From positions 1,178,001 through 1,242,000 of the forward strand of contig OZ024762.1 in the NCBI GenBank assembly GCA_964016885.1: DNA of 64,000 nt, in the 5' to 3' direction. This DNA comes from Eledone cirrhosa (taxonomy: Eukaryota). Both the position numbers and the translations under genes were made by a program. The notes under the pieces are model-generated. The model was not told the origin of the DNA and made no database searches. It was given only the letters and a program-made list of their open reading frames with translations. Below, in pieces: positions 63,903 to 64,000 of the stretch. Position 1 is the stretch's first letter; every line of letters starts with the position of its first letter.

Positions 63903-63992
63903 ACAATCTGAAGAACAGATCAATATTGGAGTCAGGTCCATAACTTCTATAGGTGACCCTGAGCCAATTCTCTGTGAAACATGTGTAACGGA
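63903..63992 (+). ncRNA. Hammerhead-like motif with long stem II and weak stem I
   Basis: CTGAAGA 63908-63914; ACAGA/TCTGT plus inner stems; GAAA 63976-63979; CATGTG; UA. Related deleted copy at 4690-4740 (-). Confidence 0.5.
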
Positions 63993-64000
63993 TCAATACA

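Overview
AT-rich, microsatellite- and SINE-dense eukaryotic genomic DNA. The repeat landscape suggests a coleoid cephalopod (octopod), which is an inference. Four genes can be built by hand with phase-consistent GT-AG junctions. (1) An intronless UTP18 on the minus strand. (2) RPL15, head-to-head with UTP18: a non-coding 5'TOP exon plus 3 coding exons (204 aa), with candidate intronic snoRNAs. (3) A 2-exon, 701-aa DUF3987-like P-loop protein with a polyQ/A insert. (4) A 16-exon, 766-aa MALT1-like paracaspase with DD-Ig-Ig-Ig-caspase-Ig architecture. One isolated minus-strand exon suggests a fifth gene. Most ORFs in the track are microsatellite artefacts. The strongest signal not explained by these genes is a dispersed set of about 14 type I hammerhead-ribozyme-like motifs (stem I-CUGANGA-stem II-GAAA-short palindromic stem III-UH). 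They lie in short non-coding modules next to (TA)n tracts, often as inverted duplications. Several have intact cores, several are sense in MALT1 introns or just downstream of its stop, and two have unusual insertions at core position 7. All folds were paired by eye and have not been computed.
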